A stretch of 64,000 nucleotides of DNA from Octopus sinensis (Eukaryota), in the NCBI RefSeq assembly GCF_006345805.1, contig NC_042998.1, positions 155,062,001-155,126,000 on the forward strand, written 5' to 3'. The notes below the pieces were generated by a model, which searched no databases, was not told where the DNA came from, and saw only the letters and a list, made by a program, of their open reading frames with translations. Made by a program: the position numbers and the translations under genes. This document shows, piece by piece, positions 24,341 through 38,340 of this stretch (its first letter is position 1; the number at the start of each line of letters is the position of its first letter).

Positions 24341-24620
24341 CAGGCATAGCACCATCCGAACGTGACCGATGCCAGTTCCACTTTGACTGGCTTCTATGCC
24401 AGTGGCACATAAAAAGCACCATCTGATTGTGGTCGATGAAAGCTCCCTTGGCCCCTGTGTTATTGGCATGTAAAAAGCACCCACTACACTCTCGGAGTGG
24501 TTGGTGTTAGGAAGGGCATCCACTGCCAGATCAGATTGGGGCCTGGTGCAACCTCCTGGCTTCCCTGAACCATCCAACCCATGCCAGCATGGAAAACGGA
24601 TGTTAAATGATGATGATGAT
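24340..24620 (+). mobile_element. RTE 3' tail, truncated copy
   Basis: TGGCAC(A/G)TAAAAAGCACC modules, GGAAGGGCATCC, and CCAACCCATGCCAGCATGGAAAACGGATGTTAAATGATGATGAT tail. Confidence 0.85.
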
Positions 24621-24857
24621 TTTTCCTTTCCTGAAGTGCGTATACATTGTTTTGGTATACATACATACATACATACATACATACATACATACACACGTGT
24701 AAGTTTTATCAGAAATGGCATGTTAAACTGATTATTACCAATTGGTTGGTAACTGATGAAGAATTAGGGACCTTCTGTGTTTGTCTCCTGCCCAGTTGAA
24801 CACTCAGTATACATCATGTCATTTGTTTATTTACCATACATTTGTTAGTTTATTATA

Positions 24858-24901
<44 letters not shown>

Positions 24902-25155
24902 ATATATATACATACACATACATATATATATATAAGCAAATAAGCTAGTCCTAAAATCTCTGTAAGAGATGAATGCAGTAGCTGTAGTACTGGCAAGTAA
25001 TGTTTGTTGCCACTTCAACATGGCTGTTCTGTTTGAAAGGATGTTACTGCAACTTTTTAACCCCAGGAAATGTCTTCTTTGGGTTAAAAAATCGCAGTAA
25101 CATCTGTTCAAATGGAGCACCCTTGTTGAAGTGGTGACAACAAACATTACTTATA

Positions 25156-25186
<31 letters not shown>

Positions 25187-25699
25187 ATATATATACATAT
25201 ATGTCTTGTTTGCAAGACATATATGTATATATCATCAGTAAATCATAAATCCAAAAGAGAAGCACACTATAATTTATAGAGCAGTAGAGTGTTTAGATAA
25301 AGATAGTTATGACCAGTCTATGGGGTTACCGAGGGTTTCATATCCATAAAGTGCTTAGCTTTATGTCTCATCAAACCCTAAAGGCCAGTGACCAAAAACC
25401 TCTCTTCAAAGTGAAGAGAGAAAAGACTTTGTGGCTAGTTGTTGAACCTACAGACAAAGGTGAAGGGTCAAGTGCATGGGATTATCTCCCTTAGACTGCT
25501 ATCTGGAATCTACCCAGTCTACTTCTGGGTCCCAGGATTTCAGTAGGAATCGCCTGAAGTATAAGCAGAGTCTGAAGACTTACATCCTGGAATCTAAGAT
25601 GTTCCCTGGGTCAAGGAAGTTCTTTAATATCTTCACCCATTCAGCTATGCACAACTTGCAACGCTTGCTCCTGTTAATGTAGGGGGCCTGGTTTTTCTA

Positions 25700-26160
25700 G
25701 GATCTTCCATGGGATTATGTATGGAATTCCTTTCTCCTTCAGGTGTCACATGTGGTAGACCAAGGAAAACAACATTACACAGAAAACAACATTACACCCA
25801 GCTAAATCTGAGACTGGTCTGGTGAGCAAGCACATATTGGAGAACATCAACAATGACATAAGGAGAGCCACCAACCTCTCCCTATGGCACAGCACAAATG
25901 ATGTGATTACATGGTTTAGTACCAACAAGGGAAGAGGCAAAACAAGGTTTAGCCAGTTCGACATAGTCAATTTTTACCCAAGGCACTTTCTTTTGCTAGG
26001 GGGCTTCACTGACATTAGCGACAGGGACATAAATGTCATCATGCATGCCAGGAAAATGTTACTGTTCAATAAAAGATTCAGCCTGGGTCAAGCAAACTGA
26101 CCCCGTGGGCTCTTTTGGCATAGCAATGGGGACCTATGACAGCACTGATATATTGTACCT
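25700..26160 (+). mobile_element. Penelope-like RT remnant
   Basis: VSKHILENINNDIR..LWHSTNDVITWF..QFDIVNFYP and FGIAMGTYDST motifs. Confidence 0.8.
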
Positions 26161-26164
26161 TGAC

Positions 26165-29100
26165 GTATCAGCATTGGAACTATATCTGGAAATAGAGGGG
26201 AAGGACCAGTTAAGCACAGAAAAAACAGACGTCTGGCTGAAAAGGCTTTTACAGAAGGGCCATTTATGGCATATGGTCAATTGGGGAAAGCGAAGTGGAC
26301 AGATGAATAGGTTGATGTGTTTACCAATGAAATAAGGAGATTGGCCAGACTTGTGAGATACAAAGATAAAGCACTGGAACAAACCGTTAAATTAGCATTT
26401 GTGACTGGATTTCCTGACCACATGTCGGTCAAACTGCAAAAGCTGCTGAATATTCACTCCATGACACCTTTAGCAGTGACTGCAGCAATGAGAAGGGGTC
26501 AAATAAGGAACGTGCGCAACCCTTTAAAGGGCAGGTGTTTTCGGTGTCAGGGTTCACACATGGTGAGAGACTGCAAGGAACCCACGCCTGGAGTAATTTG
26601 CTATAGATGTAGACAAACAGGCCACATCTCTAGTGAATGTGTTCAGGGAAACGGTCTAAGGAAGACTACTGCACTGGTAGTTGTCCCGTCGAAAGATTAC
26701 AAGTGTGTATACAGTCGTTGCCATTAGTTGTCATCATGATGGGGGGAAGGTATCACAAGCCCCAGTGGACAGTGGACAGTGGAATAGTACTGGAAGGGAG
26801 ATCCTCTGATGTTGAAAAACACAGTAGGCTGCTATCAGCATACTCTGAAAGTGGGGTGCCAGAAGCAAGTTCAAGGGAGAGGTGGATCAAGGAAAGCATT
26901 CTGATCCCTTGGAAGGAGGAAGTGGAGAGTGGATGCAGCCGACAAAGCATAAAGTCAGGCCAGTAATAGATTTCTGAGAGCTGAACAACCATACAGGTGG
27001 CAAAGTCACAGACATTTGTAACGAAACCTTGAGAGAGTGGAGGCAGGTGATAGGGGCCTCCACAATCATCGATTTGAAGTTAGCATACCTGCAGCTGCAT
27101 GTGGCTATGAGACTGTGGAAATATCAGCTAGTAAGGTACAAGTGTTAGACATAGTGCCTGACTAGGTTGGGATTCGGATTCAGCACTGAAGATTATGGCG
27201 ATGATTCTCAAAACTGACCTGGGGAAGGCGGACAAAGTGAAAAGAGCCACCAATTCCTATATTGATGATGTCCTGGTGGACAAGAGCATCATGTCGGCAA
27301 AGGAGGTCATAAGCCACCTGAGGAGTTTTGGACTAATTGCCAAATCACTGGAGGCGATGGAAGGAAGAGCTGCACTGGGACTCAAACTATGGAGAGACAA
27401 GGCTGGTGGGTTGGTGTTTTGGAGAGGGAATGAGATCCCAGAACTGGGCTCCGAGACAACTGTTTTCTGTGTGTGGGAAGCTGCTGGGATACTACCTGAT
27501 TGCAGAATGGCTCTAGACAGCATGCAGCTTTATCAAGAGGTGAGCTGAAGGAGTGAGGTGGAATGACAATGTGGACAAGAAGACAACTGCCATGATGTAA
27601 GAAGTCTTGGTGAGAGTGACTGTGGAGGACCCAGTAAGAGGAAACTGGTATGTGCCCAAATTGAAGAATGGGATCTTGTGGTGTGATGCTAGCAGCATAG
27701 CAATGGGAGTTGTCCTGGAACTTGGATGTGTCATGGTGGAGGATGCAGCCTGGCTCAGGAAGAAGGACGACTGCAACCACATTAACATGGTGGAGCTGGA
27801 TGCAGTGTGGAAGCAACTGAACCTGGCCCTGAGGTGGGGGCTGCATGCCATCGAGATCCAGACTGATTCGGCCACTGTACTTAGATGGGTCGGGATCAGT
27901 GGTCACCGGCGAGCAGAGAGTGTGAACCAAAGGGGGCGCAGAGAGGCTGATAAGACACTGTTTGGGAATTCTGGGTGAGCTAGCTGCCGTGTTTGACCTG
28001 AGGATGTGAGTGGTTTTTGTGCCCTCTGAAGGGAATAGAGCGAACATACTGACCAGAGTAAAGAAAGCCTGGGTGCAGGTGCCAGAGGATCTAGAGCAAG
28101 AAGTGGCTGCAGTGTGTCAACTGAGTGACGTGGAGCTGAGGAGGCTGCATACAATGCATCACATGGAGGTGGACAGGACCCTGTTCCTAGCCAGGAAAGT
28201 TGACTCAGACTTGGCCAGGCAGAGGTGTGCAGAGAGTGTTTGGGAGTTGCGACAGGTGCCAGTTCATTGACACTGCTCCGGGTGTGTATGAGGCAGGAAG
28301 CATTCCAGTGGAACAGAACTGGGAATGACAGGAAGTGGATGTGATGCACTATCGGCAGGGGATATACTTCTTAATGGTCGACTGCAGACTGGGGCGGTTG
28401 GCCATATGGAGGGAGATGAAGATGGGGGACCACAGAGGAAATCACAAGAATACTAAATGAGATATTCCTAAAATGAGGCCCTGTGGATGAGCTGCTAGTG
28501 GAAAATGGCACTGCGTTTCACTCGGAGGTGCTGAGGGAAATGCTTGACAGGTGATATGTTAGCCATTTCTTCAGGGCAGCATGCCGACCAAGAGGCAATG
28601 GGGTTGTGGAGAGGCATCATCGCACCATCAAGACCATAGCAGAGGAGGGGGCACATCCCACTGGTTGAGGCCATTTTTTGGTACAATATGTTGCCCAGGC
28701 AGAGGAGTCAGTGCCACACAGGGCAATATTCAAGTACAAGTGGAGACATCCATGTACCACATTGCCACTGAAGAGAAAGAGCATGCCTTTCTGCAGGTTG
28801 GGGAAGTCTGGGTTAAACTCCCATATGTGCGGTGCACATCACAATATGGAAAGGGGACAATAACTTCTGTTAATTCGAGGAATAATGTGCCCGTAGATGG
28901 CATACCACATCATGTTTTGGATGTGTGCAGGATCGTCAATGCAATGGAGGATGGAACCAATAGTAATGGACAAGAGGACAAAGCCAGCAGCAACATGCCA
29001 GGGACTGAGGCCAGTCCTGAAGTTCCACGGTAGTCGCAGAGGGAGTGGTGCCCTCTCCACTGGTTGGCTGATTATAAGACAAGTTAAGATGTGTGGTCAG

Positions 29101-29450
29101 AGTTGAGAAGAGGGTGTGGGCAGGTTGGTTGAATGATCTTCAGATCAGTTGGGGCATGTAATGTTATGAGCCAGGCTGTGTTGTAGGGAAAGACAGGAAG
29201 TGAGGGAGTATGCATGTCCTGTAGGAAGTTGGGCCTGTGGGTTCCACCAGAAGGGCTGCAGCATGCAAGTGAGGTCGGTGAGGCACGAGCGATCAGTTGG
29301 CAGTGGACAGCATACAAGAGCAGACCTGTTAAACGGTACAGCGGCAGACAGGGCACATGATCGTTGTGAGTGACTCTTCCAGATAGACAGGTAAGACTAG
29401 CGTAATTCTCTTTCTGCTTCAGTTTTTTCCTCCTTTCACATCACAGTTAT
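26165..29450 (+). mobile_element. Ty3/Gypsy LTR retrotransposon, 5'-truncated and decayed
   Basis: Gag with two zinc knuckles (CFRCQGSHMVRDC; CYRCRQTGHISSEC), RT SYIDD, RNase H LWCDASSIAMG..ELDAV..TDS, integrase ENGTAFHS..GNGVVERHHRTIK. Possible 3' LTR at about 29115-29450, boundary uncertain. Confidence 0.85.
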
Positions 29451-30086
29451 TTAACAAGGTTGACAGGCACTAATGTTAGGGATAGTATTCATTGTAAATT
29501 CAATGACTATCCACCCTAAACATGTGATTGCTGATGCCAAGTGAGTATGTGTCTGTGTGTACTCGTGTGTTTGTGTGTACAAACATGTTATCTTTTTTAT
29601 TCATTTGAATTTTTCCTACAAGGAAGTAAATGGTTTCCATCGATGAAAGAAACCTATATCCTTAGAATTTAGAGAACAAAAATGATAGGTATTACATGTA
29701 CATACATATACATGTATGTATGCATGTATCTTTAGGGACAGCTCTACTGATGAGGAACTGCCTTGTACAGTCTCCAACTTACTTCCTCCAACATATGTGT
29801 ATGGGTGAATGAGATGTATGGTGGTGGAGGGAAAATAATTTAGTGACTCAGAAAGATGATCAATATATATATATATATATATATATAGCAAGGGTATGAA
29901 AGGTACTGGTATCTAGAAGACCAAAAGAGTGGCAGGTAATGCTAAGTAAGTGCTATATATTATATATTTTTATATATTTCATATTTTTATTTCTAATTTC
30001 CCTCTATATTCCCTATCTCCTCCTTTTCCATAATAATTCCTTATTTCGAACTCAAATATTTACCTTTATTTAACTATCTCACATCA

Positions 30087-30133
30087 CCTCTAATGAAGGA
30101 ATATCTATAATATCCCAGAAACAGCTGTAAGAC
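30087..30133 (+). ncRNA. Minimal hammerhead motif with one core mutation
   Basis: CT-CTAATGA (G5 changed to A)-AGGAATAT/ATATCCCA-GAAA-C-AGCT-G-TA^AG; same CAGCTG stem III palindrome as 22791. Confidence 0.55.
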
Positions 30134-30201
30134 TATATTTACATCTTTTTTCTTACAAATGTCCTGAAAACTCACAGCCTTGGCTTTGTTATCTCATTTT
30201 G

Positions 30202-30242
<41 letters not shown>

Positions 30243-30299
30243 CACATAGGTTAGTGGTAAAAGAAAATGAAGGTAGTTTCCAAGCTGTGCTTGTGAAGT

Positions 30300-31200
30300 A
30301 GGTTCCCTAGAATCAAATCCTAAATGTTTCATAGTTTGCTGTAATTAGCAAGAGAATATAAGGATTTCCCATTTCAAAATTGCATCCACTGATTATTTTA
30401 CCTATTTTATAACTCAGTAAAAGTGCAGTATTTGTATGACTGTAAGTGATGGTCTAGTATTTATAGCAACCGTGAGTGTTCTAGTGTCAGGTTATTAAAG
30501 TTTAGTGGGTGGAATGCAATAAATGCAATGGTGTCATTTTGTTGTTGAAGGGGACATGATTAACATGACCCCCATCATAGGATGGGGTCAGGGTACATTT
30601 GGTATGATTGCCTGGCAGGTGCAGAGATAAAAATGGTCCATGATAACTAGAGCTATCTTGCAAAGTGATAGCGTGGATTTGGGGTGTTTACGTATTGGTC
30701 AGGGAAACTTGTAAGAGATAAAACTAGATGAGGCAGAGAGTTGAGGGTTGCAAAAGTTTTGGTTACTGTGTTGGCAGCATCAGTATGAGTAGAAAAGCAA
30801 AGAAGAGCATTAAAATTACCAAAAGCCATGACTTTCAAAAGAGGTGAAGTGAAAAAAATGTTCTCAGTGTAGGAATAGATATGGTCAAACAACTGTTGGT
30901 GGTTGGAAGAGTTTAGAGAATAATAAAAGAAACAGATGTATTGGGAATTAGAGAGGGAGAATTTGCTACTAATAATTCAAATGAAAGAATTTAGTGGCAG
31001 GGAGAATAGGTTCTTTACATGTGTAGATGCCATATCAGAGTGAGAGTTGAGTAAAGAGTGTAGGCTTGACAACAAAAGTAGACTATAGATGAGGTTGAGA
31101 GATTTGTATCTCAAAGTAGAATAGGATATGTAGTTTGTTTGTTAGTTAGAAGTGAGGCATAGAGTATAAGTTGGTTTGGAGTTTATACATGTTAGGAAAA
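30300..31200 (-). mobile_element. Highly decayed CR1/L2-like LINE (endonuclease region)
   Basis: VMAFGNFNA resembles the APE GDFN motif; little else recognisable. Confidence 0.4.
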
Positions 31201-31269
31201 AGAGGGAGAATTATCCAATAGATTTAGTTTAAGTTAATGTAAAAAAAAATATTTGTATTGTGGTCAATG

Positions 31270-31590
31270 CCAGATTTACCTGACTGGCTCCTGTACCAGT
31301 GGCACATAAAAAGCACCATCTAATTGTGGCCGATACCAGTGCGCCCTAACTGGCTCTTGTGTCGGTGGCATGTAAAAAGCACTATCTGAACATGATTGAT
31401 GGCTCCTGTGCTAGTGGCATCTAAAAAGCACTCACTACAATCTTGGAGTGGTTGGTGTTAGGAAGGGCATCTAGCTGTAGAAACATTGCCAGATCAGATT
31501 GGAGCCTGGTGCAGCCGCTGGCTCTCCAGACCTCAGTCAAACCATCCAACCCATACCAGCATGGAAAACGGAAGTTAAACTATGATGATG
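31270..31590 (+). mobile_element. RTE 3' tail, truncated copy with three internal modules
   Basis: TGGCA(C/T)NTAAAAAGCAC three times, then CCATCCAACCCATACCAGCATGGAAAACGG..GATGATG. Confidence 0.85.
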
Positions 31591-32825
31591 GGAGTAATAT
31601 TTGCATACAGTTGCTTTTGTATATAGCTGCATTTCTGGTAACATGCACAGAGGCATTGATAAAACCAGCCAAGTTTTAAGTTTTGTACTCTGCTAAGGAC
31701 ATATGAATAGTATGTAATAATATAAACCATTACAAGCATGCATGCACACATAAAACAATTTTTAATTAGCATGAAAACCCAATGCTAGTGAGATAAAGTT
31801 ATTTGAACCGATTTGTGTGCTGAATGTATAAGAATATGTTTTCTCTACTAAGAATAAAAACAAATTCTTCCTAGTAAAAATTTAAGAGACCGTATTAACA
31901 TAAATAAATAAAACATATTTTTGTGTTAATGATGATGATATTCACAAATAGATGATGTAAGCTAAGAAAGAAAATTGAAAAAGTTGTTTTTAGCTTAAAA
32001 TAATAAATGGACATCGCTTTGGAGATGAAAGAAAATTTATATAGCACACACACATACATGTACATTCACAAGCACATACATATCTTTTTACATAACTATG
32101 CATAAATATTTTTTTCAAAGGAAAATGTCCGAAAAAATTTTGATGCACTGAAAGTTATTTCTATTTTTAATTTCTCAGCAACAAATACACAATTATATAT
32201 AAAAAGAATACTATTATCTATGTGAGTGGGTGCACATGCATATTTGCTTAATGGATATAAAGATAAGTAGATTTAATGCGCCAATAACTTAAACCTATAA
32301 CAGAAAAGCTCTATACCTTATTCTAACATTCAAAAATATTTTTGCACAGATTATTAAATAAAGGAATGAGTGAATGACTAAATAAAAAATGTTTACCTTT
32401 TACAAGGGTAAATTTTTTTATAAAAGCTATAACTTATTAACCATGGAAAAATATTTGTTTATGCAAATAGAAATATTTATTATTAATATATTCTCCTTAT
32501 ATACATTAGCCTAAAATTATAGTAGTTCTAATATAAGTCTATTTAAAGGAGTAATGGGAAAAGTGGCAATAACAGAGAAGAGTTCTGTAAAATGATAAAA
32601 GTGGCAAACTCTTTTGCCACTCAAATACATGCGAATACTATAATGGAATAAATAAGATAAATTTAGGAATCTGCTATGCAGGCATGCTCCATCCTGTTAC
32701 ATGCATAAGATGTGGTCGAGACGGGTGCAGCTAATATCTACATCTGCACGAAATGTCTGATCACAAAGCTAGCAGACAGTCTAAGGCTGCATTAACACAA
32801 CTAGAGATGATGTTCAGAAATATAC

Positions 32826-32894
32826 CTCCATCATTTTGGCAGCAGATGCCATCGCAATACTTGTAGCTGTTAATGCTTTGAAACGGTGAGTGTT
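32826..32894 (-). CDS. Candidate host exon (69 nt, NTHRFKALTATSIAMASAAKMME if phase 0); product unknown
   Basis: Strong polypyrimidine tract TTATTTATTCCTTTATACTTTTGATTTTGTACACGCTCAG acceptor and GAG|GTATAT donor; unique, CpG-retaining sequence in AT-rich flanks. An alternative frame runs to a TGA at 32761. Confidence 0.35.
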
Positions 32895-35299
32895 CTGAGC
32901 GTGTACAAAATCAAAAGTATAAAGGAATAAATAAGATAATATTCATTTGAAATTAAATATTTATAAGACATTTGTAGCATCAGGATTTTTCTTTTTCCTG
33001 TTAAATAACATTAGACAAGAAACAATTCATACAAGAGATACATTTAACAAATATTTCAAGCTATATTTTATAAGAACATATGTATATATCTGTATACATA
33101 CATAATCTAAACCGTTATGAAAACAGAAAAAAAAAGAAAAGATTTTAGCAATGAAAGAAACACTGAGAAACTTGACTTTGTATGAAATCAAGTTACGATC
33201 ACATATATCCAACAGAAAATGATATATAATCTAATACTTCTCAGCATTATATGCTAGAATATTGAATTCCTATCATTATATGAAAGAAAGATAAATACAA
33301 CAAACTTATATTCAATAATGAACAAATCATATATTTGCATTTCGAGCAAAAGCAAAGAATTTTAGTGAAAATAAAGGTGTTGCAAGAATAAAACAAATTC
33401 AGAAGGTAGAATATGAGCTAGAAGATAAAAATATTTACACATAATTAAATATAATTTTGGCAAAAATTTTACATTCAAAATAATTTTGACTCAATGTTAC
33501 AACAGAAGAGATAAAAATTAAGAAAATCAACCAAGTTTTTTTATTAATGGTACATAGTTTATCGATTTTGAAGGAATGGAAGGCAAAGTCAACTTTGGTG
33601 GAAATTAAACTCAGTATGTAAAGGGATATAACTAAATATCACAAAATACATTAGGCACTCTACTGTTCTTTATCTCCATCAAAAAGAATATGATTTATAA
33701 AACATAGCATGATATGATGACTGAAATTGTAATTATTTATTTATTTATATTCTAGTCCATGGAAAAAGTATTCATAGCCTTTTCTCAAACTGATGAGGTT
33801 TAAACTTAAGCATTAAGACCAGTGTATAGAAAAATGTAGAAGAAAGGAGTTTTCAGATAGATACAGTTCTTAAGGGGAAAGCCTCAGGAAACTATAATGG
33901 CTAGTCAGTTCAGGAAATCAGGGACTGTTAAGCTACTCACAGAAGAAGCAGAGAGAAAGTGCATGTCTACATATTAATGAATATAATGCTATTAGTGAGC
34001 AATTTCAATGGTGCTCATAGTTGATAAATTTACCAGAGAATTCTCATCTAGATATGTTCAAAGGATTTACTGAAGTTAATACAGTATTGCTTTTGCCAAA
34101 ATTGTCAAAGACAAAAGACCACTAATATATGGTACAAAAAAGTAGGTGTTGATTGACTGATTGACTGACAGACAGACAGACAGACGGATGGATGGACAGA
34201 CAGATGGATGTTCTCTTTTTTTAATTATTTGAAATATTCCTGTAAGGAAGAAACTGGTTTCTGACAATGATAGTGTAGTGAAACCAATTGCTATTGTGGC
34301 ATATCGAATACATTAAAATGATATAGGCTCAGCACATTAATATGTAATGGTTGGTTGTTTTACCTATCATGTGAGTTTTGAACATTAGTTGAGTCCTGTG
34401 CTGCAACTTGTTGAATATTGTGCAGGATTTAGATTGAAAGTCCAATCATGCTGTGCATAATATATTCTCAAAGAACTAATCTATATGTGCTCTGGAGTCT
34501 CCTTTTTACTATAAATTGGTGTGACTCATTATCTACAAGCAGAAGGGTGAGTGATTTTCATGAAGGCAAGTTATGTTGATTCCCTGCCGTTATTCACCAG
34601 AGTAAAATTAATATAATGGAGCACATGTAACCAACAATGACCCAAGCTGAATTATCCAAACAATGGATGAACTACAACCATCAGAATTCGTGATATTTCT
34701 TTCTTGATCCACTGTACTACTTTAGAAGAATAAAGTCTTGCTGTTATTTCTAAAGTTCATTTCTTGTATTACTTCCATGAGTGAACATGCAACATATATT
34801 TTATAATGGTATGCATGATTCAGTAGTAAAACCAAGGGGGACTTTAGACTTACTGGAAAAATTGGTGACTCTGAATGAATGACTGATGAACCATCATATA
34901 AACTGATGACCTCACTTGACAGCCATCCTATACAATAATTCAGTACATATAAGCAGTAAAGATCAAGCACACTTTCCACCAATGAACATCCTATAAATCC
35001 TGAATGACTATTGATGCTCAGTTTCTCAATTATTGTTACACATCATGCATAAAAATCTTTTCCATTGAGAAATTCAAATGTAGAACTTTTATTGCAGATT
35101 TTATACTTTCAATTATTTGGAGTCCAGAATCTCTTGTGTCCAAGTATTACTACCTCTCTCTACTGTTGTGAACTTCAAAGAATCACTTTGCTTGGCTTGA
35201 AATAGCAGTTAAATCTGCCAGCAGGACATTTTGAGTTGAGCAATTGCCAGCTGTTGTCTTTCTTTGAAATTTATATCCTGTAATCAAATGCAGCATGGC

Positions 35300-38185
35300 A
35301 TCTTCTCCAGTTCCTTCCATTTCTTCTAACATATCTTATGCCAGCAGCCATGTTGTTTGTTTCCCCACCATTCACAGCAGACCTGGCCATCTGGTTTTCT
35401 CCACTAAGCGCAAATTTTGCAACTAACAAAATTACTTCCAACACTAGACAATTTCACTTGTTAGTTAGCATATTACCACCTGCCTTAAGCAGTGAGATGA
35501 AAGACCTCATCACCACCCGTGCAGACCAGCCATCATATCAACATATAAAGAAAGAAATTCTGAGGTGCACCTCCACATCAAAACAAAAACGATTTCATCA
35601 GCTCCTTTGTATAGAAATTTTAAGAGATAAATACCCATCATAACTGCTCCGATGTATGTGTGATTTATTAGGGAGTAATCCTCTGGGCAAGGACATTTTA
35701 CCGCAACTTTTCTTTTCCCACCTATCCACTAATTTGCAAGCAATTTTAACAACCATAAGGGAGCAGTGTTCCATTCAACAGTTAGCAGACTCAGCTGATG
35801 GTATAATGGACATTTCCTTAACTTCAAGTGGTGCAGAAAATTATCCTTTCATTTCATCACTATCTTCTGAATTAGCTTCTTTTTTTGCAAAGTTGTTGAC
35901 GAAAATGTCCAAAATATTACTGACCAAATTAATCATTTATGGTTTCCTACTTCCAGTCTGCATGCAAGACCTCACAGATGTTCATTTTCTAGATGTCATG
36001 GTACAAGCACTAGCAGGGAGTGGACATCATTTTGGAATTCATGCACATAAGTGTACTTCCCTGTGTACTTTTACTCCAGTTATCCAATGCCAAGAAAACT
36101 CCTTTATTAGAGATTAAACAGGACTACATCTCTGGAAAGATCATCAACTTGTCGTGTGTTTTTTTAATCTATGGTACCAATTCCAAGCAGCATTTGTTGG
36201 TAGACATAGGAGTAGTATATAGTATTTGGCTTGTGAGCTTATTGACTGATTCATGAGGACCAACAGCCGTTATCTTACAAGCAGAAAATCACTTCCCAAT
36301 TCAGACTTTTTTGGTGAAAAATGATTCACCTTGGATATAAATCTGTGATGTCAATTTTTATGGGTTTTTATGGTTGCAGACTTACCTTACCTGATTCTTA
36401 GTGCAGATTTTGCACCATTTGGTCAATTTAAAAAGTAAGCAATTAATTGACACAAAAACTCATCTCTCTACACTTGTATGTTTTCCAGCCCTTCTACTGT
36501 CAGTCCACTTTTTTTTTTGTGTTCCATCTAATCATTTCCATGAACTTTTTATTAAAATTTCTGGATAAGACTCTAGTGCATACAGTGACATACCATATTA
36601 TTACCAAAGGACCATTTGTCATGTATTGTTCCAGACATCTTGCCACAAATAAACTTAAAGTAGCTAAGGAGGAATTTAGTCACATGTTGGATCTTGGTAT
36701 AATTCATCCTTCTAGCAATAATTGGTTATTTCCCTTACACCTTGTACCTAAAAAGTCAGATTTGCAACCTTGTAGAGATTATCAACGCTTTAACAGTACA
36801 AGATAAATATTTCTCATATTCATGATTTTTCTGCATCATTATATGGCAGTAGTATCTTTTTGAAGTTCGATTTAGTGTGTGCATACAACCAGATTTCAAT
36901 TGATCCCTAAGACTACTTTAATTATTCCTTTTGGTTTGTTCGAATTCAAATGCCTTTTGCCCTACGTAATGCTACTAATACTTTTCAGAGATTTATTGAA
37001 GCCCCACATGGTCTAGGTTTTGTTTTCACTTACATTGATGACTTAATTATAGCCAGTTCCACAGAAGAGGAACATATACTTCATTTAAAACAACCTTTTA
37101 CTCACCTGTCACAATATGGTGTGATAATTAATGCAAATAAATGTGTTTTTGGTGTTCCTTCCATCACTTTTCTGGGACATGTAATTGATAAAGATGGAAT
37201 AAGTCCATTACAGGGGAAGATTGATGTTAGTTGTGATATTCCAGTTCTTTCTTCTCCAACAAAGCTATGAGAATTTCTCAGTTTAACTTCTATAGAAGAT
37301 TTATTCCACATTGTACTAAGACAATTTTTCCCCTCACGTAATAAAAAAAGGAAAATGAACCTATATCATTAAATTCTATTCAACTACAAGCTTTTGAGGA
37401 TATTAAGGACAAGTTATCAAGAGTTAAACTTTTGGCTCACCCTGTTCTAGATGCTTGGCAATCACATGCTTTTTTCCCAAATACCTCAAACCAGCAGAGT
37501 CAAGGTAAAGCACATTTAGTATAGAACTGCTTATTTAGCTATGAAAAAATTTCCAACACTTTCTTGAGGAGCAACACTTTACAGTTTTTACTGATCATAA
37601 ACCATTGACTTTTGCTCTACAACTAAAAACAAATATTTGCCCAGAGACTTATGACATTTGGATTTCATTTCACAATACACTGTTGATATTTATTACATCA
37701 AGGGTGCAGATAATTCTGCAGCTGATACCTTATCTTGCATACATATTATTAATTCCACTGACTTGCAGCAAATTGCATTGAATCAATAACAAGATGACAA
37801 ATTTTTGCATCTTCAATTGTTGGACTCACCTTCTTTAGACCTCTGTTTACTACCACTACATTTTACAAATTCTTCTATTTGGTGCGATGTTTCTACCAAT
37901 TTTTCCAGACCTTACATTCCTAAGATTCATAAACAAACGTTTCTTTTTTGGTTCTTTATAATCTATCTCATCCTGGTATTTCAGCAACAGCAAAATTAAT
38001 TTCAAGTGGTTTCATGTGGCCCTGTATGCAAAAAGATATTCGTAATTGGATGTGCACTTGTACATCATACCAGAAAGGTAAAGTTCACCGCCATATACAA
38101 GGCACCTTTGGGCACTTTTGCTACTCCAGACACATGTTCTAAACATATTCACATATTGTGAGACCCTTGCCACCAGTTCAAGATA
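35300..38185 (+). mobile_element. Ty3/Gypsy gag-pol remnant, no LTRs seen
   Basis: Gag PPFTADLAIWF..KITSNTRQF; RT KVAKEEFSHMLDLGIIHPS, MPFALRNATNTFQR, FTYIDD; integrase HHCC-like HPGISAT..CTSYQ. Confidence 0.88.
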
Positions 38186-38340
38186 ATATATATATATATA
38201 TATATATATATGATTTCTTTAAGATTTACTTAAGTCTTTTTCATTTAGGGAATTCAAGCTGGTCACTAACCAAATAGCAAGGCCCTTTTGTTTTAGTTAA
38301 GACAGGTGTCAGGGGTTTGTGGTCATCTTACTCAATTGAT

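Noticed and set aside
24752-24790. Other CTGATGA occurrences (24755, 29746, 33791, 34884)
   Set aside because: No stem II followed by GAAA at a suitable position.
32786-32885. Plus-strand exon CINTTRDDVQKYTSIILAADAIAILVAVNALKR ending at G|GTGAGT, faintly like a glutamate receptor N-terminal segment
   Set aside because: In-frame TAA immediately upstream and no polypyrimidine tract; the similarity is too weak. RNA-seq strand would settle it.
34300-35030. Coding-like stretch on the minus strand (ORF 34722-34982)
   Set aside because: No recognisable motif or splice signals; probably a decayed element I cannot classify.
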